DNA of 64,000 nucleotides from Spirochaetia bacterium (lineage in GTDB: Bacteria > Spirochaetota > Spirochaetia > SZUA-6 > Bin103): positions 1,024,001-1,088,000 of the forward strand of contig CBDATQ010000002.1 of NCBI GenBank assembly GCA_965199955.1, read 5' to 3'. The translations under genes and the position numbers were made by a program. Under the pieces are notes generated by a model, which saw nothing but the letters and a program-made list of their open reading frames with translations, ran no database searches and was not told the DNA's origin. The first letter of the stretch is position 1. The number at the start of each line of letters is the position of its first letter. Shown here one piece after another: positions 43,107 to 53,246 of the stretch.

Positions 43107-44765
43107 TCAGAACTCGTTGGCCGGCGCGATCGACGGGTCCCACCGTTCTGTGGTCAGCAGGCCGATCGCCGCGGCCAGCGCCGCCGGGGATCCGATGCGC
43201 CGCAGCGCCTCCACCGCGTAGGTCGCGACCTGACCGCAGCGGTCGTCGAGCGCGTGGATCAGGTCGTCCTGCGCGGCGGACGCGGCCGGACCCAGGCGAG
43301 CGAGCGCCGTGGCGGCGTTCACGCGCACCTGGTCGCGCACGCTCCAGGTTCTCATCTCTTCCTCTTCCCATGCGGTCCTGTTCAGCCGGAACAGCGCTCC
43401 CAGCGGCGCTGCCGCTTCAGATGCACCGATGGCGCCCAGCGCATCGGCCACCGTTCGCACCACGAGATGGGACGGGTCGTCCAGCGCGCCGATCAGCGCC
43501 GGGACGGCTGCCAGCGCCTGCCGGTCCATCTCGCCCAACGCGAACGCGGCGTTAATCCGCGCCCACCCGTCCCCGCTTTCCAGCAGGTCCAGCAGGGGAG
43601 GGACCGTCGCGGTGCCGATTGCGGACAGGGCATAGGCGGCGTCGTCGAGCCGCAGCGCGCTCTCGATCGAGCCGTGACGGCGATGCTGCTCGGCCATCCG
43701 TGTCCGCATCATCGAAGCGGCGTCGCCGCGGCCGCGAAGTGACTCGATCAGCGCGGAGACCGCTGGCCCGCCGATCGCTCCCAGTGCGTAGACGGCGGCC
43801 ACCCGCACCGGGTCGGGACGGCGATTCAGGCAGCTCATCAGGGCGGAGACCGCCGGCGCCGCATCCTCTCCCAGGATCGCCAGCGTTTCGGCTGCAGCCA
43901 CCCGGTCCGCGTCCGGGCGGTCGTGCTCCAACGCGGACAGCAGCGCGCTCACGCCGACGCGCGGCTGGCGGTGCGGCAATGCGCCGTTGCGAAGGCTCGC
44001 GTAGCGGTCTCCGGCGCCGCGCAGCCAGTCCCAGAGATGCGACCAGGCGAGCGACATCCGGTCGCCACCGTAGCGCTCCGGGTCGCTCCACAGATGAGCG
44101 GGTCCCGCCCGGCCGTCTGGCTGCGGCAGCGACGCACGCTGATAGATGAACTTGACCATGAACCGCCTTTGTCCGCTCAGGTTGATGCCGGCCGCGTGGC
44201 CGACGTCGAAGTGGGTGATGGAAACCGTGCCGGCCGGCCCGGAAACCGCCAGCGGCCGCCCGCGCTCGGCTTCGTTGAGGGTGGTGTTCAGGTGTGTCCC
44301 CGGTATCACGTGGGTGGGGCCCAGGGAATCGGGCGTGTCCTGCGGGTAGTACATGACCCGCGCATAGCGGATGAGGTGGTGACGGGGCCGCGCGAGCGGG
44401 GTGTAGGAGTCCTGGTGGCAGTTGGCCGCGAGCTTTGCGGCGCGATCCAATCCGGGATCCTCCGGAGGCTCCTCCACGTGACAGAAACGGTGCGGGTGCT
44501 CCAGGTAGTCCGGTCCCAGCAGGGTCTGGAGGGCGCCGTGCACTTCCGGGGACTTCAGCACGTGCCGCATCTCCGGCACCAGCGGGAGGATGTTGTTGCC
44601 GGGGTTGCCCGCCCGGTCGGGGATCGACTTGTCGAGCCGCCGCCGGATGGACTCGTGCAGCTCGCGCGGCAGCGACGGCTGCAGGATCACGTAGCCGTCG
44701 GCGATGAACTGCCGAACCTGCTCGTCGCTCAGGGGAATCGTGGTGCCGGTGTGGCCGTTGTCCAT
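43107..44765 (-). CDS. Phytanoyl-CoA dioxygenase-like domain fused to HEAT repeats
   Basis: QFIADGYV, HQD, GPTHVIPGTH, then repeated AVPALIGALDD..VRxxAAxALG units. Confidence 0.8.
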   Translation of the reverse strand: MDNGHTGTTIPLSDEQVRQFIADGYVILQPSLPRELHESIRRRLDKSIPDRAGNPGNNILPLVPEMRHVLKSPEVHGALQTLLGPDYLEHPHRFCHVEEPPEDPGLDRAAKLAANCHQDSYTPLARPRHHLIRYARVMYYPQDTPDSLGPTHVIPGTHLNTTLNEAERGRPLAVSGPAGTVSITHFDVGHAAGINLSGQRRFMVKFIYQRASLPQPDGRAGPAHLWSDPERYGGDRMSLAWSHLWDWLRGAGDRYASLRNGALPHRQPRVGVSALLSALEHDRPDADRVAAAETLAILGEDAAPAVSALMSCLNRRPDPVRVAAVYALGAIGGPAVSALIESLRGRGDAASMMRTRMAEQHRRHGSIESALRLDDAAYALSAIGTATVPPLLDLLESGDGWARINAAFALGEMDRQALAAVPALIGALDDPSHLVVRTVADALGAIGASEAAAPLGALFRLNRTAWEEEEMRTWSVRDQVRVNAATALARLGPAASAAQDDLIHALDDRCGQVATYAVEALRRIGSPAALAAAIGLLTTERWDPSIAPANEF

Positions 44766-44772
44766 GGTGGCT

Positions 44773-45624
44773 CTACTCTACTCCGGTTGATACCGCGGCT
44801 CCGGTTGATACCGCGGCCACGGCCGCCCGCGCGCCTTCATGCAGCAGGGCCAGCTCGTCGACGAGCTCGAAGAACCGGCAGCCCCTGCCGACCCAATCGG
44901 CGGCTTGGTCAGGCCCGGATGGCGTGGTGCCGAACGCAACGCCATGTTGCAGGCACAGGTCGAGCACGGTGCCGAGCGCCGCTTTCATGTCCGGGTGATC
45001 GTACTCGCCAGGATGCCCCAGAGAGATCGCCGTGTCGTAGGGGCCCACGTACACCATGTCCAGGTGCGGCGTCGCGACAATCTCGGCTGCGCGCTCCAGG
45101 CCGTCCATCGTCTCGATGTGGGCGATCACGGCGGTCGCCTCGTTGCTGCGCCGCAGCCAGTCGGCGTCGTCCTGCGGGTACGTGTAGTCGGCGCCGCCGT
45201 AGCCGGGTGCCCCGGCGCGGCTGCCGAGCGGCGGGTACTTGACCAGATCGACCAGCTCGGTCACCTGCTCGGCCGATTCGGTGCGCGGGAGCTGGATGCC
45301 CACCACCCCCGCGTCCAGCAGGCGCGCCACTTCGGATCGGTTCAGCTCGCCGACCTTGGAGATGACCGGAATGCCGTTGTCGCGGGCAGAGAGCACGAAG
45401 TCGGGAAGCTCGCTGCCCTCGAACATGCCGTGCTCCTTCTCGACGAAGATGAAGTCGAAGCCGGCGTTGCGGAAGATCTTGACCAGCGACGGCCGCAGGT
45501 ACTCGACCGCCATCGCGCCGAGCAGCGGCGGCCCGCCGCGCACGCGCCGCCTGAAGCCGCGTCCGAGCGCCGTCGGGTCATGCTGCGCGCCGTGGTCGTT
45601 CTCTCCGGTCCTGGCCATCGTCAT
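44773..45624 (-). CDS. HpcH/HpaI aldolase family
   Basis: GFDFIFVEKEH, KYPPLGSR, HIET, VGPYD. Confidence 0.88.
   Translation of the reverse strand: MTMARTGENDHGAQHDPTALGRGFRRRVRGGPPLLGAMAVEYLRPSLVKIFRNAGFDFIFVEKEHGMFEGSELPDFVLSARDNGIPVISKVGELNRSEVARLLDAGVVGIQLPRTESAEQVTELVDLVKYPPLGSRAGAPGYGGADYTYPQDDADWLRRSNEATAVIAHIETMDGLERAAEIVATPHLDMVYVGPYDTAISLGHPGEYDHPDMKAALGTVLDLCLQHGVAFGTTPSGPDQAADWVGRGCRFFELVDELALLHEGARAAVAAVSTGAAVSTGVE
44781..44816. repeat. 18-bp tandem duplication
   Basis: CTCCGGTTGATACCGCGG x2; encodes AAVSTG twice. Confidence 0.9.
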
Positions 45625-45756
45625 CCTCCTCTGTCGCGGGTCGGTGTCAGTGCGATCGTATGGATCTCGTACGGCTCCTGCGTGTAATCGTGCTCGAGGC
45701 GTGGCATGCCGTGGAGTGCTCGGGGGAGTGAATGCTACGCTGCATCGTTACCATAT

Positions 45757-47121
45757 ATGAACGCCCGAACCCCATCCGGCTCGATTGCCGAACGATCCTT
45801 GATCGCCGAGCACTTCCGCGCCGCCTCCGAGGTGATGCCCGGCGGGGTCAACTCCTCCACCCGGGTCAACCAGGCGCTCGGCACGCCCATGTACGTCGCG
45901 CGTGCCGAGGGCAGCCGCATCACCGACATCGATGGGCGCACCTTCATCGACCTGTGTTGCGGCCACGGCGCGGCACTGCTCGGCCACGGCCATCCTGCGA
46001 TCGCGGACGCCCTGGCGGCCGCGGCCCGGATCGGCTTCCCTTCCGTCTACGAAACGACCCACCACGAGGAGCTGGCGCGGCTGGTGTGCCGGTCGGTTCC
46101 GTCGGCGGACCGGGTGCGGTTCTGCTCCTCCGGATCGGAGGCGACGCTGCACCTCATCCGCGCCTGCCGCGCTCACACCGGCCGCGACAGGATCATCCGC
46201 ATCGAGGGCCACTTCCACGGCTACCACGAGCTGATCTATATCGGCGGCCATCCGCCGGCCGACCGGCTGGCACGCAATCGAACGCAGCCGTACCTGGAGT
46301 CCCCGGGCATCCCGCGCGAGTTCGCGCGCCTGATCGTCCCTATCCCGCACAACGACGTGGACGCCCTGGAGCAGGCGGTCGAGCGCCACGGCAAGGAGAC
46401 GGCCGCGCTCATGCTGGAGCCCGTGAACTGGAACTGGGGGGCGATCCGGCCCGAACCCGCCTACCTGAAGCGCATGCGGGAGCTCACTGCCGAGGCCGGC
46501 ATCGTGCTGTTCTTCGACGAGATCCAGTCGGCGTTCAAGACGCGCCACCTGACCGCGCAGGCCGAGTACGGCGTCACCCCCGACGTCACCACCATCGGCA
46601 AGTCGCTGGGCGGAGGGCTGCCGGTGTCCGCGTTCTCCGGTGACGCCCGGATCATGGACCTCTTTCAGCCGGTCGGCCCGGTGCAGCACTCCGGGACGTT
46701 CAACGCCCACCCGGTGCCGATCCTCGCGGCCTTGGCGTTCGTGCGGGAGACCGGCAAGCCGTATTTCTACGACACGCTGGAGGCGCTGGAGGACCATTTC
46801 GATCGCGGCCTGAAGCGCATCATCGCCGACCATGGGCTGAACATGATCGCGCCCGTGTCCGGCGGGCGGTTCACCGTCATCTTCGGGCGCACCACGCCGC
46901 CGTCCCGGTACGAGGACTGCCTCTGTCACGACAAGCGGGTGATGCTGCGGTTCATCAAGGGGTGCTACGACCGCGGCGTCTACCTGCACGACTACGGCGG
47001 CGGCCCGATCCACCACGGCTTCTCCGTGCAGCACACGACGGCCGATCTGGACGAGGCATTGAACGTGATGGAGGACGCCTTGGCGGAGATGAAGCGCGGC
47101 GGAGCGGTCCCGACGGTCTGA
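45757..47121 (+). CDS. Class III PLP aminotransferase (glutamate-1-semialdehyde aminomutase-like)
   Basis: MPGGVNS, SGSEA, FHGYH, FDEI, GKSLGGG, SGTF. Confidence 0.9.
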   Translation: MNARTPSGSIAERSLIAEHFRAASEVMPGGVNSSTRVNQALGTPMYVARAEGSRITDIDGRTFIDLCCGHGAALLGHGHPAIADALAAAARIGFPSVYETTHHEELARLVCRSVPSADRVRFCSSGSEATLHLIRACRAHTGRDRIIRIEGHFHGYHELIYIGGHPPADRLARNRTQPYLESPGIPREFARLIVPIPHNDVDALEQAVERHGKETAALMLEPVNWNWGAIRPEPAYLKRMRELTAEAGIVLFFDEIQSAFKTRHLTAQAEYGVTPDVTTIGKSLGGGLPVSAFSGDARIMDLFQPVGPVQHSGTFNAHPVPILAALAFVRETGKPYFYDTLEALEDHFDRGLKRIIADHGLNMIAPVSGGRFTVIFGRTTPPSRYEDCLCHDKRVMLRFIKGCYDRGVYLHDYGGGPIHHGFSVQHTTADLDEALNVMEDALAEMKRGGAVPTV

Positions 47122-47129
47122 TAAGCGGC

Positions 47130-47893
47130 ATGACGGTCACGATCCCCTGGAACGCCTGGTTCGAAGACGGCGAGCTGGAGCTGTCGTTCCCGGACGCATG
47201 GCACGTGGACGCGCTGCGCATGCGTGCGACGCCGGCGCCGCCGGCGACGATAGCGGAAAGGATCGCCGCGCCCCTGGACAGCGAGCCGCTCCGCCTCCTG
47301 GCGCGCGGCAAGCGGCGGGTGGGCATCGCCGTGGACGACATTGCCCGCCCGACGCCCGTGCACGAGTTCCTGCCGCAGGTGGTGGACGAGCTTCTGGCCG
47401 CCGGCGTTCCGGAAGACGGCATCCAGGTGTTCGTGGCCTCCGGCGCCCACCGTACGCCGCCCACCGTACGCCGGTGCGCGGCGACGTGGTGCGCAAGATC
47501 GGCGTGCCGCTCGCCGAGCGGCTGAAGGTCGTTTACCACAACCCGTACGACAACCTCGCCGACCTGGGCCGGACCAGCAACGGCGTGCCGATCGCGATCA
47601 ACCGCAGCTACCTGGACTGCGACTTCCGCATCAGCATCGGCGGGATCACCCCGCACGACTTCGCCGGCTTCGGCGGCGGCTACAAGACGGTGACGGTGGG
47701 CCTGAGCGGCATCCGCGCGCTGCACGAGACCCACATCGAGCGGATCGCCGAGTTCGACGCCGGCGTCGCCCGCATCGAGGGCAACTCGCATGCGACCTGG
47801 CACGACACACTGGCCGAGCTGAAGACCCTGCACGGCCAGGAGTGCCGGGCGTGCGTGGTGGAGTGCGCGTCCATGCAACTGCTCGCTCCCTGA
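47130..47893 (+). pseudogene. Lactate racemase (LarA)-domain gene, frameshifted and internally deleted
   Basis: DDIARPTP, ASGAHR, frameshift at a 14-bp duplication (47445-47472), then PHDFAGFGGGYK; shorter than typical family members. Confidence 0.75.
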
Positions 47894-47968
47894 CCGAGCG
47901 GGCCGATACCGGCGTCGCTCCGGCGATGGTCACCGGTGACCGGCGCATGGCACGATGCGCGTTCGAGG

Positions 47969-49207
47969 ATGGCTGACTCACCGTTCCGCGTCGGCGCCAT
48001 CGGATGCGGAGCCCGCGGCCGTTCGCTGTTGCGACACGCCGCGCGCGCCGACGACGTCGAGATCACGGCGCTGTACGACCCGAACCCCCAGGCGGCGCTG
48101 CAGGCGCAACGGGAGCACGCCCCGGACGCGGCCGTGGTGGACGGCATCGATCAGGTGGTGAGCCGCGACGATGTCGACCTGGTGATCGTCGGCTCTCCCG
48201 ATCACGCCCATCGCGAGCCGGCCGTGGCGGCCTTCGAACACGGCAAGCACGTGTTCTGCGAGAAGCCGCTGGCTACCACGGCCGAGGACTGCCGGGCGAT
48301 CTGGAGCGCCGCGCAGGCGGCAGACCGCGAGCTGATCGTCGGCTTCGTGCTGCGCTATGCGCCGTTCTACCGGGGGATCAAGCAGCGCCTGGACGACGGT
48401 GACCTGGGTCCGATCATGTCGATCGAAGCGAACGAGAACCTGCCGTTCGCGCAAGGAGCCTTCTTCCGCCGCGACTGGCGCCGGTTCCGCCGTTTCACCG
48501 GCACCTATCTGCTGGAGAAGTGCTGCCACGATCTGGACATCCTGTGCTGGTTCGCCGATTCGCTGCCGCGGCGCGTGGCGTCGTTCGGCGGCCGGTCGTT
48601 CTTCACCCCCCGCTCCGATGCGCCGCTGTACTGCCGCGACTGCGACCTGGACTGCGCCCACCGCCTGGAGCTCGATCCGCTGCCTCCGAAGCCGGAGTGG
48701 GAGCCGGAGTTGACGCGCGGCAAGGACCTGGACTTGTGCTGCTTCAACTCGGCGCAGGACATCGTCGACAACCAGGTGGTGATCATCGAGTTCGCCAACG
48801 GCATCCGCGCCACCTTCCACAGCAACCAGAACGCGGCAAGCCCCAGCCGCCGCATGTACCTGGTCGGTGAGCGGGGATGCATCGAGGGCGACATCTACTG
48901 GGGCTTCTTCCAGTACGCGCCGATCCGCTACACCGGCGACTGGGAGGGGTTGCCGTGGGAGCGAACGGAGGTGGTGCGCGCGGGCCAGCACGGCGGCGGC
49001 GACGACTCGCAGTTCGGCGACTGCCTCCGGCGGCTGCGCGAAGGCCGGCCCATGATGTCCGGAGGCCGCGAGGGACTGGTCGCCTGCATCACCGCCCTCG
49101 GGATCGACGAAGCGCGCTCGACCGGTGCGGTGGTCGATCTGACAGACACCTGGGAGGCGTACGGACTGAGCGACGGAGCGGGGGAAGCCGCCGCCGGCGG
49201 GCGATGA
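47969..49207 (+). CDS. Gfo/Idh/MocA oxidoreductase
   Basis: IGCGARG, FCEKP, EKCCHDLD, HGGGD. Confidence 0.92.
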   Translation: MADSPFRVGAIGCGARGRSLLRHAARADDVEITALYDPNPQAALQAQREHAPDAAVVDGIDQVVSRDDVDLVIVGSPDHAHREPAVAAFEHGKHVFCEKPLATTAEDCRAIWSAAQAADRELIVGFVLRYAPFYRGIKQRLDDGDLGPIMSIEANENLPFAQGAFFRRDWRRFRRFTGTYLLEKCCHDLDILCWFADSLPRRVASFGGRSFFTPRSDAPLYCRDCDLDCAHRLELDPLPPKPEWEPELTRGKDLDLCCFNSAQDIVDNQVVIIEFANGIRATFHSNQNAASPSRRMYLVGERGCIEGDIYWGFFQYAPIRYTGDWEGLPWERTEVVRAGQHGGGDDSQFGDCLRRLREGRPMMSGGREGLVACITALGIDEARSTGAVVDLTDTWEAYGLSDGAGEAAAGGR

Positions 49208-49899
49208 TCACGGCGGTCGACGTCACCCGCAGCTACCGGGCGGGCAGCGGCCTCGTCACGGCGCTGGACCGGGTGAGCATCTCGATCGAGGCGCGGACGC
49301 TCACGGTCCTGCACGGGCCGTCAGGCTCGGGCAAGACGACCCTGATCAATATCCTGGGCGCTCTGGACCAACCGACCAGCGGCGCCGTGCTGCTGGAAGG
49401 CGCCGACATCACCGCGCTCAGCGAGCCCGAGCGCGACGAGTTGCGGCGCCTGCGCATGGGGTTCGTGTTCCAGTCGGTGGCGCTGATCGCCGCCATGTCC
49501 GCGCTGGAGAATGTCGAGTTCGCGCTCCGCATCGCCGGCGCCGACCGCAACGGCCGGGAGGAGCGCGCCAGGGAGTGCCTGACTATGGTCGGGTTGCGCA
49601 CACGCATGAACCACCGGCCGGGCGAGCTGTCGGGCGGCGAACAGCAGCGCGTGGCGATCGCGCGCGGCTTCGCCCACCGCCCGCAGGTGCTGTTCGCGGA
49701 CGAGCCGACCGCGGAGCTGGACACGCACACCGGCCTGCAGGTGGTCGGCATCCTGCGCGAGCTCACCGGTGAGCAGGGGGTCACGGTGGTGATGAGCAGC
49801 CATGATCCGGCGATCGTCGACATGGCCGACCATCGGGTGTCGCTGCGCGACGGCCGCGTCGTGGAGCCGGATCCCGCCGTGCCGGGGGCCGCCCCATGA
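49204..49899 (+). CDS. ABC transporter ATP-binding protein (LolD/FtsE-like)
   Basis: GPSGSGKT, LSGGEQQR, ADEPT. Confidence 0.93.
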   Translation: MITAVDVTRSYRAGSGLVTALDRVSISIEARTLTVLHGPSGSGKTTLINILGALDQPTSGAVLLEGADITALSEPERDELRRLRMGFVFQSVALIAAMSALENVEFALRIAGADRNGREERARECLTMVGLRTRMNHRPGELSGGEQQRVAIARGFAHRPQVLFADEPTAELDTHTGLQVVGILRELTGEQGVTVVMSSHDPAIVDMADHRVSLRDGRVVEPDPAVPGAAP

Positions 49900-50855
49900 G
49901 CACCGCTGCCGGTGCTGCCATCCGTGGCGCAGGAGTGCGCTGCGAGAACCTGGTTCGCATCTTCAAGACGGACGAGGTCGAGGTGGTCGCGCTGCAGGGA
50001 CTGGACCTGGAGATCGAAGCGGGCGAGGTGATGGCGATCATCGGCTCCAGCGGCAGTGGCAAGTCGACCTTGCTCAACATACTGGGCGGGCTGGACCGTC
50101 CGTCGGCGGGGACGGTGGAGGTCGGCGGCGCCGACCTGCTCAAGTTCAGTCCCCAGGACCTGGTGCGCTACCGGCGCGAGACGGTCGGCTTCGTCTGGCA
50201 GAACAGCGCCCGCAACCTGGTTCCGTACCTGACCGCGGCGGAGAACGTGGAGGTTCCGATGCTGCTGGCGCGCCGCCGCGGGCGCCGGCGGCAGCGGGCG
50301 CTGGAGCTGCTGCGGCAGGTCGGCGTGGACCACCGGGCCGGCAACCGGCTCATGGAGCTCTCCGGCGGCGAGCAGCAGCGGGTGGCGATCGCGGTGGCGC
50401 TGGCCAACGAGCCGCCGCTGCTGCTGGCCGACGAGCCGACCGGCAACGTCGACTCGCAGACCGCCCGCCACCTGCTCGCGACGTTCCGGGAGGTGAACCG
50501 CGACCTGGGCGTGACCGTGGTCATCGTCACCCACGACCGCGCCGTGGCGCAGTCGGTGAGCCGCGTGGTCGCCATCCGTGACGGACGGACCTCCAGCGAG
50601 TTCATCCGCCAACGCGATGCTGCGGGCTGGGAAGGCGGCGACCCGCACGTCGCGCGGCCGGCCCTGCACATGGAGGAGGCGGACTCGCACCGGGAGTACG
50701 TCGTCGTCGACCGCGTGGGCCGGCTGCAGATCCCGCGCGATCACCTGCAGGCGCTGTCGATCTCCGGGCGCGACCGCGTGCGCGTGGATCTGGAGGACGA
50801 CAACATCGTCATCCGGCGCGCCGACAACGACGCCGAAGACCCGCCGAAGACGTGA
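49896..50855 (+). CDS. ABC transporter ATP-binding protein with C-terminal AbrB-like extension
   Basis: GSSGSGKS, LSGGEQQR, ADEPT; C-terminal VDRVGRLQIP. Confidence 0.92.
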   Translation: MSTAAGAAIRGAGVRCENLVRIFKTDEVEVVALQGLDLEIEAGEVMAIIGSSGSGKSTLLNILGGLDRPSAGTVEVGGADLLKFSPQDLVRYRRETVGFVWQNSARNLVPYLTAAENVEVPMLLARRRGRRRQRALELLRQVGVDHRAGNRLMELSGGEQQRVAIAVALANEPPLLLADEPTGNVDSQTARHLLATFREVNRDLGVTVVIVTHDRAVAQSVSRVVAIRDGRTSSEFIRQRDAAGWEGGDPHVARPALHMEEADSHREYVVVDRVGRLQIPRDHLQALSISGRDRVRVDLEDDNIVIRRADNDAEDPPKT

Positions 50856-51009
50856 ACGGCGACGTCCGGCTGGCGGGGCGGGTACTGGTACATGGCGTAC
50901 GCCGGCGTCGACCGGCACGGCATTCAGCGCTTGGGGATCGGCACGTCGGCAACCTGGCGGCCATCGCCGTGCGTTGACAGCGAAGCGGTGGCGCGGCCTG
51001 CTATGCTCC

Positions 51010-52026
51010 ATGGCCACCGAAGAGCAGGAGATCGTCGAACGCTCGCGCGAGCTGTTCGAACGCGAGTTGCATTCCTTCGTGCCCGACCGGGTGTTCGACG
51101 CGCACTTCGAGATCTGGGATGCGCAGGCGACCATCGAAGGCGCGGTCGGCATCGCCATCCCGACGCGGTTCGAGGACGTCGCGCCCGGCTGCGAGTTGCT
51201 GCACCCGGGGAGGGAGGTGAAGGCGGCATTCATCCCGTTCTCATTCACGTCCGACCTCGTTGCGTCGGCAAATGCGTGGTCTTCGGAACAGGCGCGGCGC
51301 TCGGGCGGCACCTGCTGCAGTTACTTCTTCGCCAGGCCGGACGACGACCCGGAATGGGTGCGGTCCGAGGTGCGCCGGCTCGGCGCGATCGGGCTGAAGT
51401 CCTACCACACCTACGCGGCGCGCAAGCCGACCTGGGAGGCGGACATTCCCGAGTACATGCCGGAGCCGCTGGTGCGGGTCGCGGACGAGGAGGGCTGGAT
51501 CATCAACATGCACCTGGTGAAGGAGCGGGCGGTGGGCCATCCGTCCAACATCCACTGGATCCGTCACTACTGCACCACCTACCCGGGGATGCGGCTGGTG
51601 CTGTCCCACTCCGCGCGCGGGTTCCAGCCGGAGAACAATCTGGCCGGGCTCCCCGAGCTGACCGATCTGGACAACCTGTTCTTCGACACCAGCGTCAACT
51701 GCGAGCCGACCGCGCACCAGGCGATCATCCGTATCATGGGCCACGACCGCCTGCTGTACGGCAGCGACTACCCGTGCAGCCACGTGCTGGGCCGCTACGT
51801 GGCCGCGGGCAGCTCCTTCGCGGTGCTTGAGGCCGACAACCCGATCTGGGGGGCGCGCGACGGCGCGGTGGTGCCGGCGCTGGTCGGCCTGGAGCACCTG
51901 CGCTCGCTGAAATGGGCGTGCTGGGGCTTGGGGCTCGGCGACTCGGCGGTCGAGGACATCTTCTGGGGCAACGCGGACCGGCTGTTTCCGACCGCGAGTC
52001 CGACGGGCGCGCGGGCTACTCCTTGA
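51010..52026 (+). CDS. Amidohydrolase family protein
   Basis: FDAHF, VLSH, FFDTS, LYGSDYP. Confidence 0.85.
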   Translation: MATEEQEIVERSRELFERELHSFVPDRVFDAHFEIWDAQATIEGAVGIAIPTRFEDVAPGCELLHPGREVKAAFIPFSFTSDLVASANAWSSEQARRSGGTCCSYFFARPDDDPEWVRSEVRRLGAIGLKSYHTYAARKPTWEADIPEYMPEPLVRVADEEGWIINMHLVKERAVGHPSNIHWIRHYCTTYPGMRLVLSHSARGFQPENNLAGLPELTDLDNLFFDTSVNCEPTAHQAIIRIMGHDRLLYGSDYPCSHVLGRYVAAGSSFAVLEADNPIWGARDGAVVPALVGLEHLRSLKWACWGLGLGDSAVEDIFWGNADRLFPTASPTGARATP

Positions 52027-52114
52027 TCGATCCGATCAGCACGCCCTTGATGAAGTAGCGCTGGATGAACGGGTAGACGATCAGGATCCGCACCGTGCCG
52101 ACGACGATACCCGA
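52016..52114 (-). pseudogene. 3' remnant of a carbohydrate ABC permease
   Basis: IVVGTVRILIVYPFIQRYFIKGVLIGSIKE*. Confidence 0.75.
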
Positions 52115-52166
52115 CTTTCACGAAGGGACGATTAAGTCAATCGGCTGTCGATAGATCCGTCGAGGA

Positions 52167-53246
52167 TTACGCGTCCGTGGCCAGGCGCCGCTGCTCTTCG
52201 CGGGCGAACGAGACGACCAGCGGGTCGTCCTGCTGGCGGCGCAGGAAGGCGGCGCGGTCGTCGATGCCCTGCCAGCATTCCTGGATGATGACCTGCGCGA
52301 CCGGGGCGCCGAGCGCGTCGCCGGGGCCCAGGCACACCAGCAGATCGGGTGCGTACTCGCGGAGCGCGACCCGCACGCTGGCCGTGAAGTCGAAGGTCGA
52401 CGTCACCTGCGTGCGCAGCGTGTACTCGGCGAGCGCGGCGGCGTCGGTGGCGAGCGGCGACCACTGGCGGCCGCGGCCGTCGATCAGCGGGACCTCGGGC
52501 GCCCGCCAGTCGACCGTGTCGGGGAGGGACTCCATCGCGCGGCGTGCGTTGTCTGCCAGGAGCGGCGAATGGAAGGCCGCGTGGCCGTGCAGGTGCAGCG
52601 GGTAGGTGCGCTCGCCGGACTGGTGGCGCGGCAGCCGGGTGCGCAGCTCGTGGATGCCCGCGTCGTCGCCCCAGAGGACGCGGTAGCCGCCGTAGCGGAT
52701 GGAGTCTCCCACCCGGTGCCCGGCCGCCCGCGCATCGCGGAGCGCGGCGTCGACTCGCCGGGTGAGATCCGCGTCGGCCCTCCACCGATCGTCGGTGACC
52801 GGGTAGACGATCTGGCCGCCGATCAAGCCGTCGCGGCCCATGCCGCTCATGGTCTCCACCAGGCGCATGGTGTCCGCCAGCGTCAGCGCCCCGGCGCAGA
52901 ACAGCCCCGAGTACCAGCCCAGGCTATTGCCGGCCACCGCCACCACGCGGCAGCGCTCCCGGTCGACGCGCAGGAAGTCGGCGGCGGTGCAGGCAAGGAT
53001 CAGCGACGACACGTGCTCGCCCGCGCTGTGGGCGGCGGTCAGCCGCTCGGCGCCGTCGAGCGCCGACAGCGTCGGGTCGCCGGCGTCGCCGCGGCGGGTG
53101 TCGGCCGCCTGCAGGACCTCCTGGAATGCTTCCCGAGATGCGCCCGGCAGCGGCCGGGACAGGGAGCGCAGGTCGGCGGGTCCGTAACTGCCGCGGCCGG
53201 GGCAGATCACGACGACCCGCCTGCACGCGGCGGCGCCGGTCGTCAC
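52167..53246 (-). CDS. ACP S-malonyltransferase-like acyltransferase
   Basis: CPGRG, GNSLG, AFHS, LGPG. Confidence 0.8.
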   Translation of the reverse strand: MTTGAAACRRVVVICPGRGSYGPADLRSLSRPLPGASREAFQEVLQAADTRRGDAGDPTLSALDGAERLTAAHSAGEHVSSLILACTAADFLRVDRERCRVVAVAGNSLGWYSGLFCAGALTLADTMRLVETMSGMGRDGLIGGQIVYPVTDDRWRADADLTRRVDAALRDARAAGHRVGDSIRYGGYRVLWGDDAGIHELRTRLPRHQSGERTYPLHLHGHAAFHSPLLADNARRAMESLPDTVDWRAPEVPLIDGRGRQWSPLATDAAALAEYTLRTQVTSTFDFTASVRVALREYAPDLLVCLGPGDALGAPVAQVIIQECWQGIDDRAAFLRRQQDDPLVVSFAREEQRRLATDA

